From: an uncultured virus (IMG/VR IMGVR_UViG_3300042691_017862)
Taxonomy: Duplodnaviria; Heunggongvirae; Uroviricota; Caudoviricetes
DNA: 64,000 bases
Strand: one strand, 5' to 3'
IMG/VR virus record: IMGVR_UViG_3300042691_017862
The notes beneath the pieces were generated by a model, which did not search any database, was not told where the DNA came from, and saw only the letters and a list, made by a program, of their open reading frames with translations. Shown here piece after piece: positions 39,574 to 49,150 of the stretch. Within the stretch, counting starts at the first letter, position 1, and each line of letters begins with the position of its first letter. Both the position numbers and the translations under genes were made by a program.

Positions 39574-40391
39574 GTAAACCAAAACGTAAAAAAAGTCCTC
39601 GTAACATTGTACAAAAACCAAAAGCAAAGGTTCTTGTATATGATATCGAGACTGCACCGCTTCTTTCCTATACTTGGGGAATCTGGGAGCAAAATGTACC
39701 ATTGAACATGATACAAAGCGATTGGTATATTCTAAGCTGGTCTGCTAAATGGCTCGGAGACCCTGACTCCAAGATCATGTATATGGATCAACGTAATGCT
39801 AAAGACATTGAAGATGACAGTAAGCTACTAGAAGGTATCTGGAAACTCCTAGACCAAGCTGACGTTGTAATTACACAGAACGGAAAGTCGTTTGATGAAA
39901 AGAAACTGAATGCTCGTTTCATTCTAAACGGAATGGGACCGCCATCTTCTTACGAACACATTGATACAAAACGTATTGCTAGTCGTAAGTTTGCATTCAC
40001 TTCTAATAAGCTAGAATACTTAACTGAAAAGCTTTGTACTAAAAAGAAGATGAAGCATAAGAAGTTTCCCGGTTTTGAACTTTGGAAAGAATGTCTAAAG
40101 GGTAATAAAGAAGCCTTCAAAGAAATGGAAGCTTATAATAAGATGGACGTACTAAGTTTGGAAGAGCTATACAATAAACTCCAACCTTGGGCTAAAGAAG
40201 CAGACTTCCAACATATTACCGGAGAAGTGCAATGTGCTTGTGGTAGCAGACATTTCCACAAGAAAGATAAGAAAGCTACTAAGAGTGGACTATACCAAAG
40301 ATATACATGTCAATCTTGTGGATCTACATTTAGAGATAAAACAAATCTAAGAGAAAAAGGATTCTCTAAAAAACTTCTTGTAAAAGAATAA
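39570..40391 (+). CDS. RNase H-like/DnaQ-fold exonuclease with C-terminal zinc ribbon
   Basis: YDIETAP, TQNGKSFD, HIDT, YNKMDV; CACG...CQSCG. Confidence 0.85.
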   Translation: MSKPKRKKSPRNIVQKPKAKVLVYDIETAPLLSYTWGIWEQNVPLNMIQSDWYILSWSAKWLGDPDSKIMYMDQRNAKDIEDDSKLLEGIWKLLDQADVVITQNGKSFDEKKLNARFILNGMGPPSSYEHIDTKRIASRKFAFTSNKLEYLTEKLCTKKKMKHKKFPGFELWKECLKGNKEAFKEMEAYNKMDVLSLEELYNKLQPWAKEADFQHITGEVQCACGSRHFHKKDKKATKSGLYQRYTCQSCGSTFRDKTNLREKGFSKKLLVKE

Positions 40392-40422
40392 TAGCCGATA
40401 TACAATGATTTAAGGAGAGTTT

Positions 40423-40893
40423 ATGAAATACTTATTGATGACGAGTTTAATGATGTTGGTAGCATGTGGACCTGACCGAGAGGTAGTTCGTATTGTAAAT
40501 GGTAACGACGGTGCTGCTGGTACTAACGGAACCAATGGACTAGACGGTGCCGACGGACAGGACGGAGCTGACGGAGTAGATGGTATCGATGGCGAGGATG
40601 GAGAAGATGGTCAGTCTTGCTCTATTGCTAGACCAGAAGAAGCCACTTATGTTATTATTACATGTGCTGATACTACAGCAATTGTTTACGACGGACAAAA
40701 CGGAATGAATGGTGCTGACGGTCAAGACGGTCAGGATGGCTCTGATGGCGAAGATGGACAAGACGGAACCAATGGTACAAATGCTTCTGGTTGTACATTG
40801 ACTCTCAAAAGTCAAGACAAGTACTACCTAACTTGTGGATCTACAACTATCCTTATTAATAACCTAACATCAAACGGAAATGGGAATAACTAA
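40423..40893 (+). CDS. Collagen-like lipoprotein
   Basis: Lipobox LVAC; two runs of G-x-D/N triplets; TTGTAA-17 bp-TACAAT promoter at 40378-40406. Confidence 0.8.
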   Translation: MKYLLMTSLMMLVACGPDREVVRIVNGNDGAAGTNGTNGLDGADGQDGADGVDGIDGEDGEDGQSCSIARPEEATYVIITCADTTAIVYDGQNGMNGADGQDGQDGSDGEDGQDGTNGTNASGCTLTLKSQDKYYLTCGSTTILINNLTSNGNGNN

Positions 40894-41372
40894 TGAAAAC
40901 ACTATTACTACTTTTACTTGCTACAAATGCTATGGCTGATTGCCAAACAACAATAGATACTGAAATGGTGACTGCAACGACTGTCATTACAACAGATGTC
41001 CCAGCTCATCTAAAAGGGGCTACCATTACTATTAGATTAGCTAATGGTAAGGAGTCTAGTGTGCCAGCAGAACTCTTCAAAGTCGTCCCTCGTAAGCGAC
41101 AAGAGGTCGTACTAGAAAAGACACAGAATGTAAATACTGTATGCACAAATACAGAAATTGCAACGAATAAGAATCGTGTATCAGCATTGGGTGGTTACGG
41201 ATCTAGGAATAAACTAGCAACTTCAACTACTAGTACTACTGTAGAAGTTGAGAATAGTCGAGGTCTTGTTGGGGGTCTTCAGTATCAACGTTTGATCACT
41301 GACGAACTATCAATTGGTGCTCAAGCTCAAACTAATAAGACCGGACTTCTTCTAATTGGATTGGATTTCTAA
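40893..41372 (+). CDS. Secreted protein with C-terminal beta-strands ending in Phe
   Basis: Signal peptide MKTLLLLLLATNAMA; ends LLLIGLDF. Confidence 0.7.
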   Translation: MKTLLLLLLATNAMADCQTTIDTEMVTATTVITTDVPAHLKGATITIRLANGKESSVPAELFKVVPRKRQEVVLEKTQNVNTVCTNTEIATNKNRVSALGGYGSRNKLATSTTSTTVEVENSRGLVGGLQYQRLITDELSIGAQAQTNKTGLLLIGLDF

Positions 41373-41663
41373 TATGATTACAGCACAAATGGCAAAAGAG
41401 ATTGTTGAGAATGTCCCAAATGTTAGATTTCAAGCTGAATTAGAAACTGTATCTAGTTTAATTAAATGCCAAGCAGAACTTGGAAGAAGATCTGCCGCAA
41501 TAGATTTATCAGAAATGAAAAATAAAGATAAGATTGTTAAGGTTTTATCAGATTCTGGATTCAAGGTCACTCTATTTGATCATTCTTCTATTAAAGAATC
41601 AGCATTTCCTTTTAATAAAAAAGAACCAGCATTTGATATTATTTCATGGGAATGATTTTTAGC

Positions 41664-41691
41664 TTGACAAAGTTTTTGTATAAGTTATAAT
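41664..41691 (+). promoter_or_regulatory. sigma70-type promoter
   Basis: TTGACA-16 bp-TATAAT. Confidence 0.7.
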
Positions 41692-41704
41692 CTAATAAAC
41701 ATTG

Positions 41705-41768
41705 ACTAGTAATTCTACTAGTACCGGTTGCTCCGTACCGGTAAACCGAAGTACAAGGTTAAACGGAG
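41705..41768 (+). promoter_or_regulatory. Structured 5' leader with potential SD-sequestering pseudoknot
   Basis: Hairpins ACTAGTA/TACTAGT, TACCGGT/ACCGGTA and AACC/GGTT; loop CTCCGT complementary to ACGGAG (SD). Confidence 0.6.
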
Positions 41769-41777
41769 AATTTTTAT

Positions 41778-42071
41778 ATGTCACGAAGTAAAAAACGCAG
41801 CATCGATGAAATACAAGAACTTAAACGAATCATCAAAGACCGCGATCAAACAATCAAGTCGCTCGAACGACAATTAAAGAAGCTTAACAACGAATTAGAT
41901 CCTCCTACTAAAAAGAAAGCTCCTAAAAAAGAGCAACCAAAAGAAGAAGTCTCATCTAATAAATGTCAGCAATGTAAAACAGGGAAGACAAAGACTTCTG
42001 AACTAGGAAGCATTCGTACCATTACATCCTGTGATACTTGTGACTATCGTCAAATTCTCAAACGTGGCTAA
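41778..42071 (+). CDS. Coiled-coil and zinc-ribbon protein
   Basis: N-terminal heptads; CQQC...CDTC. Confidence 0.7.
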   Translation: MSRSKKRSIDEIQELKRIIKDRDQTIKSLERQLKKLNNELDPPTKKKAPKKEQPKEEVSSNKCQQCKTGKTKTSELGSIRTITSCDTCDYRQILKRG

Positions 42072-42396
42072 GAAAAAAACAAAGAAATACAATCTAAAAT
42101 CTCGCATTACTAGCGCACTTCGTCGTATATGGTTCTATGGTCCTCAACGTAAAGAAGCAATGAAGATTGCTAAAGAACGTGGATACACTTGTGCTATTTG
42201 TAATAAGCCAAATCCCAAACTCCAAATCGATCATATAGTTCCTGTAGTCCCACTAACAGGATTTGATAACTGGCAAGCATATATTGACAGACTCTTCGTT
42301 GGTCCAGAAGGACTGAGAGCACTTGATGCTGAGTGTCACAAAACTCATACAGCAATCCATTCTGGAATTCGTAAGAAAAATAAGAAATCCAAATAA
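42064..42396 (+). CDS. HNH endonuclease
   Basis: CAIC, LQIDHIVPV, LRALDAECHKTHT; probable GTG start at 42064. Confidence 0.75.
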   Translation: MAKKKTKKYNLKSRITSALRRIWFYGPQRKEAMKIAKERGYTCAICNKPNPKLQIDHIVPVVPLTGFDNWQAYIDRLFVGPEGLRALDAECHKTHTAIHSGIRKKNKKSK

Positions 42397-42402
42397 TTTC
42401 CC

Positions 42403-42431
42403 TTGACAAGAAGTATGCCAGCTTGTATCAT
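42403..42431 (+). promoter_or_regulatory. sigma70-type promoter, probably leaderless
   Basis: TTGACA-17 bp-TATCAT; ATG at 42438. Confidence 0.65.
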
Positions 42432-42437
42432 ATTAGT

Positions 42438-42869
42438 ATGACTACACGGACTAAAATCATTACATCAGTTGTGCTACTAGCTATTAGCTTTGCTTCTGGT
42501 AGATTTCTATCTCCCACTAAAACAAAGACTGAGATCAAAACTGTAGAAGTTGAAAAGATCGTTGTCAAAGTTGAACGAGTAGTAACTACCATCAGAGAGA
42601 AGCCAGACGGAACTAAAGAGACTGTAATCGTTGCTGACACAAAAACTGACAGCAAGACTAACAGTGTAACTACAGACGATCTAAAAGAAGTTACAAATTC
42701 TAGAAGCAATTTAAATGTCTCTGTATTAGCTGGATCTGGATTCCCTATTAGTGGAACATCTCTAGTATACGGAGCAAGTGTTACCAAACAAATCATCGGA
42801 CCGTTTACAGCTACAGCATGGGGATTATCTAATCTCAGTGGTGGAATTGGTATTGGTTTAAACTTTTAA
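42438..42869 (+). CDS. Membrane-anchored protein with C-terminal beta-strands ending in Phe
   Basis: N-terminal hydrophobic helix; ends GIGIGLNF. Confidence 0.7.
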   Translation: MTTRTKIITSVVLLAISFASGRFLSPTKTKTEIKTVEVEKIVVKVERVVTTIREKPDGTKETVIVADTKTDSKTNSVTTDDLKEVTNSRSNLNVSVLAGSGFPISGTSLVYGASVTKQIIGPFTATAWGLSNLSGGIGIGLNF

Positions 42870-43104
42870 CAAATAGAAGGAAAATAAATATGGAATTAAC
42901 AGGAAAAAAATACCCAATTAAAAGTGCAGAAACTGATCAAATTGTTGGATATAAAACAATTAAATCGTGGACTGATTTAAGCAATGTTGCTGGAGTAGTT
43001 GTTTCATTAACCGAAAACGATTCTCCTAATATTTTTGTAAGCTATGTTGAAGCTAGTAGAATAGACAATAATACCCTAGATATCCCAGACGTTTGTTTTG
43101 ACAA

Positions 43105-43833
43105 ATGAAAAAAAAGCTACATGAGATCACCGACGAGGAGCTATTAGCAAGCCTCTCCGGAGAAGATCTAAGCAAGCCTGTAGAATTTCAGTTTGATAAT
43201 CCTGTAGCAAGTTTTGTTCAAGCATTTGATATTAGAACCGGAAAGCAATTAGTAGCTGATAAACTTCTCCTAACACTTTTCAAAGAGTGGAAAAGAGATA
43301 GTCCTATTAATCAACGTTCGTTTAATATGCAACTAGAAAACTATGTTGTTAGTGTTCCAAAAAAACGTCGCTACTTTTTGATTAATAAAGATGCTTTAGA
43401 AATTGCTAAAGAAGTACAAAAACTAGTTCAAAAAAGATCAAAGCCTCGATATAAAAGTAAAGCTTATATTACTCATTTCGAATCCTTTTTATCTGAGAAT
43501 GAACTGGCTCCGGGTAGTACCTATGTTGAAATTGATGTGTTGTATTATATATACAATAGATGGTGTGACAACAATAGGAAGAAGTCTCAGTTTGGTCTAG
43601 GAAGTTTCAATGATATGTGTTCTTTATATTTTGATATAAAGCAGATCACTGGAAATGATTTAAACTGGGTTTGTGTAAACAGTAAAGTAAAAGAACTGAT
43701 AACAAAAGAGGAAGTACAAAGATGGAGATTAGGAAGAAGCAGACATGCAAAAAACAAAGAAACGACAATCCCAAGAATTAGATACAGAAAAAACACGCTC
43801 CATTTCCAAAAGAAAACGTACACAAAGAAGTAA
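43105..43833 (+). CDS. Hypothetical protein with two possible winged-helix-like repeats
   Basis: Repeated ...LY/LL..Y/F..W.. F... pattern. Confidence 0.55.
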   Translation: MKKKLHEITDEELLASLSGEDLSKPVEFQFDNPVASFVQAFDIRTGKQLVADKLLLTLFKEWKRDSPINQRSFNMQLENYVVSVPKKRRYFLINKDALEIAKEVQKLVQKRSKPRYKSKAYITHFESFLSENELAPGSTYVEIDVLYYIYNRWCDNNRKKSQFGLGSFNDMCSLYFDIKQITGNDLNWVCVNSKVKELITKEEVQRWRLGRSRHAKNKETTIPRIRYRKNTLHFQKKTYTKK

Positions 43834-44254
43834 GACAAAGTATCCAGCATTAAATCCGGGCCTCAATCTTAAAACTAGAACAGATCTAATCGACTATGAT
43901 TACGTCGATAAGCTTTCTAAAAGAGAAAGAGAATGGCTCAATAAGTTTACAGAAGAGTATGTAAATGCTTCAGTTGATTCTAAGAACTTGAAAAAGAACT
44001 TACATAATACAGAAGAATTGAAGAAGGATTGTTACGATAGAAACAACGCTAGAAATCGTTGTATATTGACTCTACAAAGAGCACAAGGTAAGATTGAGTA
44101 TACAGAAGAGAATACTAAGATATTAGGGGAAAATCCGGAAGAGATGCTCAATAAAGAGATGGATAGTCAAACTCGTCATTATTACGATGAGTATAATGTA
44201 CTATCAGAACCTTCTACTGAAAAAATTTTGAGAAGGCGTAAAGAGCAGAAGTAA
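43745..44254 (+). CDS. Hypothetical basic protein, last gene of the + strand block
   Basis: ORF track; DYDYVDKLS..E.EWLNKF..EY. Confidence 0.7.
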   Translation: MQKTKKRQSQELDTEKTRSISKRKRTQRSKTKYPALNPGLNLKTRTDLIDYDYVDKLSKREREWLNKFTEEYVNASVDSKNLKKNLHNTEELKKDCYDRNNARNRCILTLQRAQGKIEYTEENTKILGENPEEMLNKEMDSQTRHYYDEYNVLSEPSTEKILRRRKEQK

Positions 44255-44489
44255 GAGCTGCTCCTATTTTACCAACGACCTTTAAAAAAGATAGACCTTG
44301 AAGGATTGGCTTCACTTCTACTTCAATCATTTCAACACGTTGTTCGGCTAATTCTGTACGTTTCATGTGTTCTAAAAGATTGGCTTCGTGTTTAACTTGT
44401 ACGATTTCGATGTCAGAGATTTTATCTTTGATGGAATCAACTTTATCATGAAGTTTTAAGAGCAATTCTTTTTCAGTTGAATTTTCCAT
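44214..44489 (-). CDS. Coiled-coil protein with C-terminal hydrophobic helix (holin/XhlA-like candidate)
   Basis: Heptad N-terminus; VVGKIGAALTSALYAF C-terminus; last gene of late operon. Confidence 0.45.
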   Translation of the reverse strand: MENSTEKELLLKLHDKVDSIKDKISDIEIVQVKHEANLLEHMKRTELAEQRVEMIEVEVKPILQGLSFLKVVGKIGAALTSALYAFSKFFQ

Positions 44490-44497
44490 ATTACATC

Positions 44498-46309
44498 TTA
44501 TTCCTCTTCTTCGCCTTCAAACATTTCTTGAACTGCTTTTCTACTGTTAGGATTTTGTAGAATTGTAAATAATACTGCATTCTTACTAGAAGCACCCGGA
44601 GCTTGTTGCACAGCTCGAACTAGACCTTCACCCATGTGTCTAGTAGACGGATTTGAAGATAGTTTTTGAGCAAGAGCATTCAGACTTTCTGCTGGCATTG
44701 ACGTCAACTTAGAACCAAGATTTCCAATTTTATTAGCAGCAGATCCAGCAAGTAGTGCTGTTGTTTGAAACCCTGCGCGACTCATTCCACCTAGTACACC
44801 AAATCCGGTTTGACCAAATTGACCAGTACTACGAATGGTTTTTGATACAGACTGAACATCAGAAGCTTCTTGAATATTTTTTAAGAAACTAGGAACATCG
44901 GAAATTCCCATTTTAGCAAGAATCTCCGGATCTTTTTCAGCAAGAGCAGATAAATTAGCACCAAGATCTCTTAGTTGTGTTTCTTGTTTTTTACCAACGT
45001 CATATGGAAGAGTTGACTTAGCAACAACATCTTCCGCTGTTTTGTATAGTTTTTCTCCACCAACTTTTTTACCTGTAATATCTAAATCTTCTACTGGTAT
45101 TTTTTTAGTAAAAGAAGTTAATACATCTTCAACATCTCCATATTGATCATTGATTTGTTTATAACCATCGATAGTCTGTAAAGCATTTTTAGAACTATTG
45201 TTCAATGATTCTAGTACGTCAGCGGCTTCCCCGCCGTAAAGACTATACATTTCATCTCTTGAAAACTTTTGAATGTCCTTAAGATCTTGTGCTGAGATTT
45301 CACCAGATTGTAATGCTTTATCAATTCTTTGTTGAATTCCCATTTGTTCACTGGTAGAAATTTTACCAGCAGTGCTAGGAATATCACTAGGATCAAGCCC
45401 AATATTGATTTTTTTAGCGTGTAATACTTTTCTAGTTAAATCTAAATCGTTTTTTAATTCGTCGTTTAATTTTAAAGTCTTACCTTTTAGAACTTGTGTA
45501 TACTTTTGTTCAACGGCTTGTCTAGCTTTTTGTAGAGGAGATACAAGAGACTCAGTAGCTTCTTTTAGGTTCTTGTCTCTAAATTCTGCACCTTTTTGAC
45601 CAAGAATAGGACGACCAGCAAGACCTTCTTGTGCTGTAACTTTTAACTGTCTAAGAGTTGGGTAGTTTTCAATAGCATCAGTAACGCCTAATTTTTGAGA
45701 TAAAGTAGATAATCCCTTGCCAGCAAGTTGAGTACCTTTTTCCAAAGCTGGACCAACTATACCACCGATAGCACCACCTGTTAAAATATCTTTACCAATT
45801 TGTTTAGGTGTTTCTTCTATTGTTCCGGTTGAGCTTAATCCACCGGCAGCAGCACCAAGACCAGCACCTAGTCCTGCTTTACCAAGAAGACTCATTCCTT
45901 TACCAGCAGCACCTAGTGCTCCCATTGGCATAGCAAGTCCACCAGCAACTTCACCAACAGTAGTTAATACAGGAGATCTTTCTTTTGCTGCTTCGAATTC
46001 TTGTTGACGAGCTTGTTGGAATCTTCTGTATTTATCACCTAGAGATTCTTCTGTTGGTTCAATTGCACCAATAGCTTCAGCACCACTAGAACCGGCAGCT
46101 TGTAGTGCTCCCATGATCTCGTCAGCACCACCAAGAGTAAGACCTTGCATTGCACCAATACCAACATCTTTAGCAGAACGCAATAGACCGTCCTCTTCTG
46201 GTAGTTGCTCTACTTCGTTTAAATCAGTAGGAGGAGCAAATTTAGGTGCCTTATATTCTGTTTCAAAATCCTTTAGATCTTTTTCAGTAGGCGGTGCAAA
46301 CTTTGCCAT
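44498..46309 (-). CDS. Putative internal virion/ejection protein
   Basis: QGLTLGGADEI motif and Gly/Ala-rich hydrophobic segments typical of podovirus DNA-transfer proteins. Confidence 0.65.
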   Translation of the reverse strand: MAKFAPPTEKDLKDFETEYKAPKFAPPTDLNEVEQLPEEDGLLRSAKDVGIGAMQGLTLGGADEIMGALQAAGSSGAEAIGAIEPTEESLGDKYRRFQQARQQEFEAAKERSPVLTTVGEVAGGLAMPMGALGAAGKGMSLLGKAGLGAGLGAAAGGLSSTGTIEETPKQIGKDILTGGAIGGIVGPALEKGTQLAGKGLSTLSQKLGVTDAIENYPTLRQLKVTAQEGLAGRPILGQKGAEFRDKNLKEATESLVSPLQKARQAVEQKYTQVLKGKTLKLNDELKNDLDLTRKVLHAKKINIGLDPSDIPSTAGKISTSEQMGIQQRIDKALQSGEISAQDLKDIQKFSRDEMYSLYGGEAADVLESLNNSSKNALQTIDGYKQINDQYGDVEDVLTSFTKKIPVEDLDITGKKVGGEKLYKTAEDVVAKSTLPYDVGKKQETQLRDLGANLSALAEKDPEILAKMGISDVPSFLKNIQEASDVQSVSKTIRSTGQFGQTGFGVLGGMSRAGFQTTALLAGSAANKIGNLGSKLTSMPAESLNALAQKLSSNPSTRHMGEGLVRAVQQAPGASSKNAVLFTILQNPNSRKAVQEMFEGEEEE

Positions 46310-47802
46310 TACTTAATATCTCCACGTTTTCTTAGATATGCTTCTGCTTTTGAATAGTCACCTTTAAAGTGAGCATTTGCATATTCCATGATATCAGGAT
46401 CTTGTCCAGTTTGTCCAGAAGATTCTTTTTGATCTTTACCTTTTAAATACTCACCAGTATCAATTAAGTTATTAGCTTGGAGGAATTGCTGATACTCTTC
46501 TGGGTAATGTTTTTTAGCAAGAGCCATACTAGCAACCGCACCTTGGCTGAGTTTAGTATTCTCAGCTTTTGCGTAATCTCTTGCTCTAGCTGTTACTTTT
46601 AAGATATCTTTAATAAACTGACCTTGTTCTCTCGGATTCAATTTACTAGTCATGTAGTCCATGACATTCGTTGCATCCATTTTAACGTTTTTAGGAACGA
46701 GTTTTTCAAGAGTTGCTTGAGCAGGAACACCAGCACCTGATAATAATTTATTTAACTCGATTGCGCCCTCTACAATTTGTAGTTTGTTCTTACTATCTAA
46801 TGTTTTTGGATCAATAGCATCGACATCTTTTGCTGTAAAGTTTGCATCAACACCCATTGTTGCGAATATATTATTAGCTTGATCTAATCTACTGCGTAAC
46901 TGATTACCACGAACTCCACCTGCAGTTTGTACTTGTCTAGCACCTTGTGTTAATGCTCTTGCTGCTTGCGTTTTCTCATTACGATCAAACATCATTTCTT
47001 TTGTTAATTTTCTATCTTCAGCTCTTTGAGCAGCTTCAATAGATCTAGCATCTCTATTTTCTTTAGATATTGCCATTTGTTGAAGTTGTGGAAATCTCTT
47101 CTCGAGGTCAGCAGCAGAAACATTGTCTGGGATATTGATACCAAGACCAGCTTGTTTCATCATAGCACGAGCTAATGTTCTAGCATGGTTTGAAGCAGCA
47201 CTATCTGGATCGTTCTTCTCTTTTTCACCACGAGCTTGGAAATCTTCAATTAGACTTTCTGAATCTTTCTTTTGTTGTTCGTTCATTTTAACAACATCAG
47301 AAATATCTGCCGGCTTTGAACCATGTGCTGCGCTCATTGATCTAGCACCTAGTGCTGCAATATTTCTAAGATCGGCAGCATCTTTTAGACGTTGTGATTC
47401 AGCCTGAGCTTTACGAAGATTTTCAACAGTATTCTCCGTAAATCCTTCGCTTGCTGGTTCTCTAACCATTTCAGGAGATACAGAAGTCGGCTGAGAAGAT
47501 CTAACCGTAGACATAGAAGAAGACATTTCCGATGTAGGAATTTCTACTGGGACTTCTTTTATTGGTTCTGGTTGTTGTTCTGTTTGTTCTAATACAGAAG
47601 GTTTATAATCTTGTATATTAGCCATCGGTCCCATACCAATTGGAGAAGGAGCTTGTGGTGCTGGTGGTACCGGATGCGGAGAAGGAATAGCTTCTGGTAG
47701 TATTTCTTCTTGTTGATCGTCAACAGAACTACTATTTCTTCCTAGAAGTTTTCTTAGAGTTTCTGGATCATTTTGAGAAAGAATATCCTGAAGTGTCGGC
47801 AT
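46309..47802 (-). CDS. Putative internal virion protein
   Basis: Pro-rich N-terminus, helical body; position in operon. Confidence 0.55.
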   Translation of the reverse strand: MPTLQDILSQNDPETLRKLLGRNSSSVDDQQEEILPEAIPSPHPVPPAPQAPSPIGMGPMANIQDYKPSVLEQTEQQPEPIKEVPVEIPTSEMSSSMSTVRSSQPTSVSPEMVREPASEGFTENTVENLRKAQAESQRLKDAADLRNIAALGARSMSAAHGSKPADISDVVKMNEQQKKDSESLIEDFQARGEKEKNDPDSAASNHARTLARAMMKQAGLGINIPDNVSAADLEKRFPQLQQMAISKENRDARSIEAAQRAEDRKLTKEMMFDRNEKTQAARALTQGARQVQTAGGVRGNQLRSRLDQANNIFATMGVDANFTAKDVDAIDPKTLDSKNKLQIVEGAIELNKLLSGAGVPAQATLEKLVPKNVKMDATNVMDYMTSKLNPREQGQFIKDILKVTARARDYAKAENTKLSQGAVASMALAKKHYPEEYQQFLQANNLIDTGEYLKGKDQKESSGQTGQDPDIMEYANAHFKGDYSKAEAYLRKRGDIK

Positions 47803-47804
47803 TT

Positions 47805-49139
47805 TTATTCCTTAGATTTCTTACTATGAAGATCTGCAATTAGATCAAGTAGACGTTCATGTTTACTAGGTTCTTTTTTTACTTTGAAGTGTTGATCAAT
47901 AAATGCTTTTGCAGAATCAGCATCCTTCATCTTAGTTTTTGGAATGACAAATTCACCAGCAGAAGCTAATACCGGAATGATATCATTTTCTTCTGAATCA
48001 TGTGGCACCACTTCTGGTCCTTCAATTTCACCACCGTGAGCTTTTGATTGTGGGCCAATAAATCCGGGGGCTTTTTCATAGTTAGATCCACCCAATACTC
48101 CAAACGCACCATACTGAGAATCAGCACCTTGTTTTCCAAATACACCAGATTTTCCCAAACTACCAGCTAATCCCGTTGCTGTTGAAATAGCATCTGCATC
48201 GGATTGACGAGCAGCATTTGCTCTACCTTGTTCAAAACCGGCTTGTCCACCGTATGCACCAGCTAATGCTGACGCTTTTTGTAAAGATAATTGAGCACGT
48301 TGTGACGCAGCACGTTGTGCTTCTTGGTTAGCAGAGCCAACATTTAGATCGCCAACACCCTGTTGACGCTGTAAATTATACAAATTAGCTTGGTTTTTAG
48401 CAGCAACATTTGCTTGTTGTCTAGCTAAAGAATTCTCATCTAAAAATCTTTGACGAGCTAACTCATTTTGCATATTAGCTTGTTGAGTTTCGTAGTCTTG
48501 TCCACGAACTTGTCCAGCCATACTACCGTACTGGTTAAGAGCTTGTTGACGAGCTTGTGCTGCAGCCGCTGCTGTTTGTACCGCATCTCTACTTGCACGT
48601 TGTCCACCTTGTTGAGCAGCCATTAATTGAGAAGCAAGGGTATCCCCTGCACCTAATTGACCGCGCATTTGAGATTGTTGTAAAAGTTGAGCAGTTTTAG
48701 CTCCTGTATCTTCTGCTACATCACTACGCATTTGTTGCATTTGTGCTAAGTCTTGCGCAGACATCCCAGTTTGAGACATTTGCTTAAGAGCATTTAAAGC
48801 ATACTGTTGACGAGCAAGAGTTTCAGGTTTCTCTGTTAGTACTTGTTTTTGATCAGCGTTTAAATTTAAGTTTTGTACTAGTTCTGGATCTAATGTACCA
48901 TTTTGTTGATACTGATTTAGCATCACTCTTTTTGTAAGTTCATCAACATCAAGTGCTTCAATTGTAGCAATTGCTTTTCGTTGAGCTTCTTGTGCTGCTA
49001 ATTCTTCGTCTGATGGACCTCCGCCAAATAGACCAGCAATACCACCAACAATAGCACCTAATCCGGTTCCAATAACAGGAACTGCGCTTCCTATTGATGC
49101 TCCTGTTGCCGCTCCGCTTAATCCACTTTTAATAGACAT
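47805..49139 (-). CDS. Putative ejection/pilot protein
   Basis: N-terminal GAATGASIGS...GGIAGLFGG, Q/A-rich coil, C-terminal HGGEIEGP...DIIPVLASAGEFVIP motif. Confidence 0.65.
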   Translation of the reverse strand: MSIKSGLSGAATGASIGSAVPVIGTGLGAIVGGIAGLFGGGPSDEELAAQEAQRKAIATIEALDVDELTKRVMLNQYQQNGTLDPELVQNLNLNADQKQVLTEKPETLARQQYALNALKQMSQTGMSAQDLAQMQQMRSDVAEDTGAKTAQLLQQSQMRGQLGAGDTLASQLMAAQQGGQRASRDAVQTAAAAAQARQQALNQYGSMAGQVRGQDYETQQANMQNELARQRFLDENSLARQQANVAAKNQANLYNLQRQQGVGDLNVGSANQEAQRAASQRAQLSLQKASALAGAYGGQAGFEQGRANAARQSDADAISTATGLAGSLGKSGVFGKQGADSQYGAFGVLGGSNYEKAPGFIGPQSKAHGGEIEGPEVVPHDSEENDIIPVLASAGEFVIPKTKMKDADSAKAFIDQHFKVKKEPSKHERLLDLIADLHSKKSKE

Positions 49140-49150
49140 TGACTATACTC

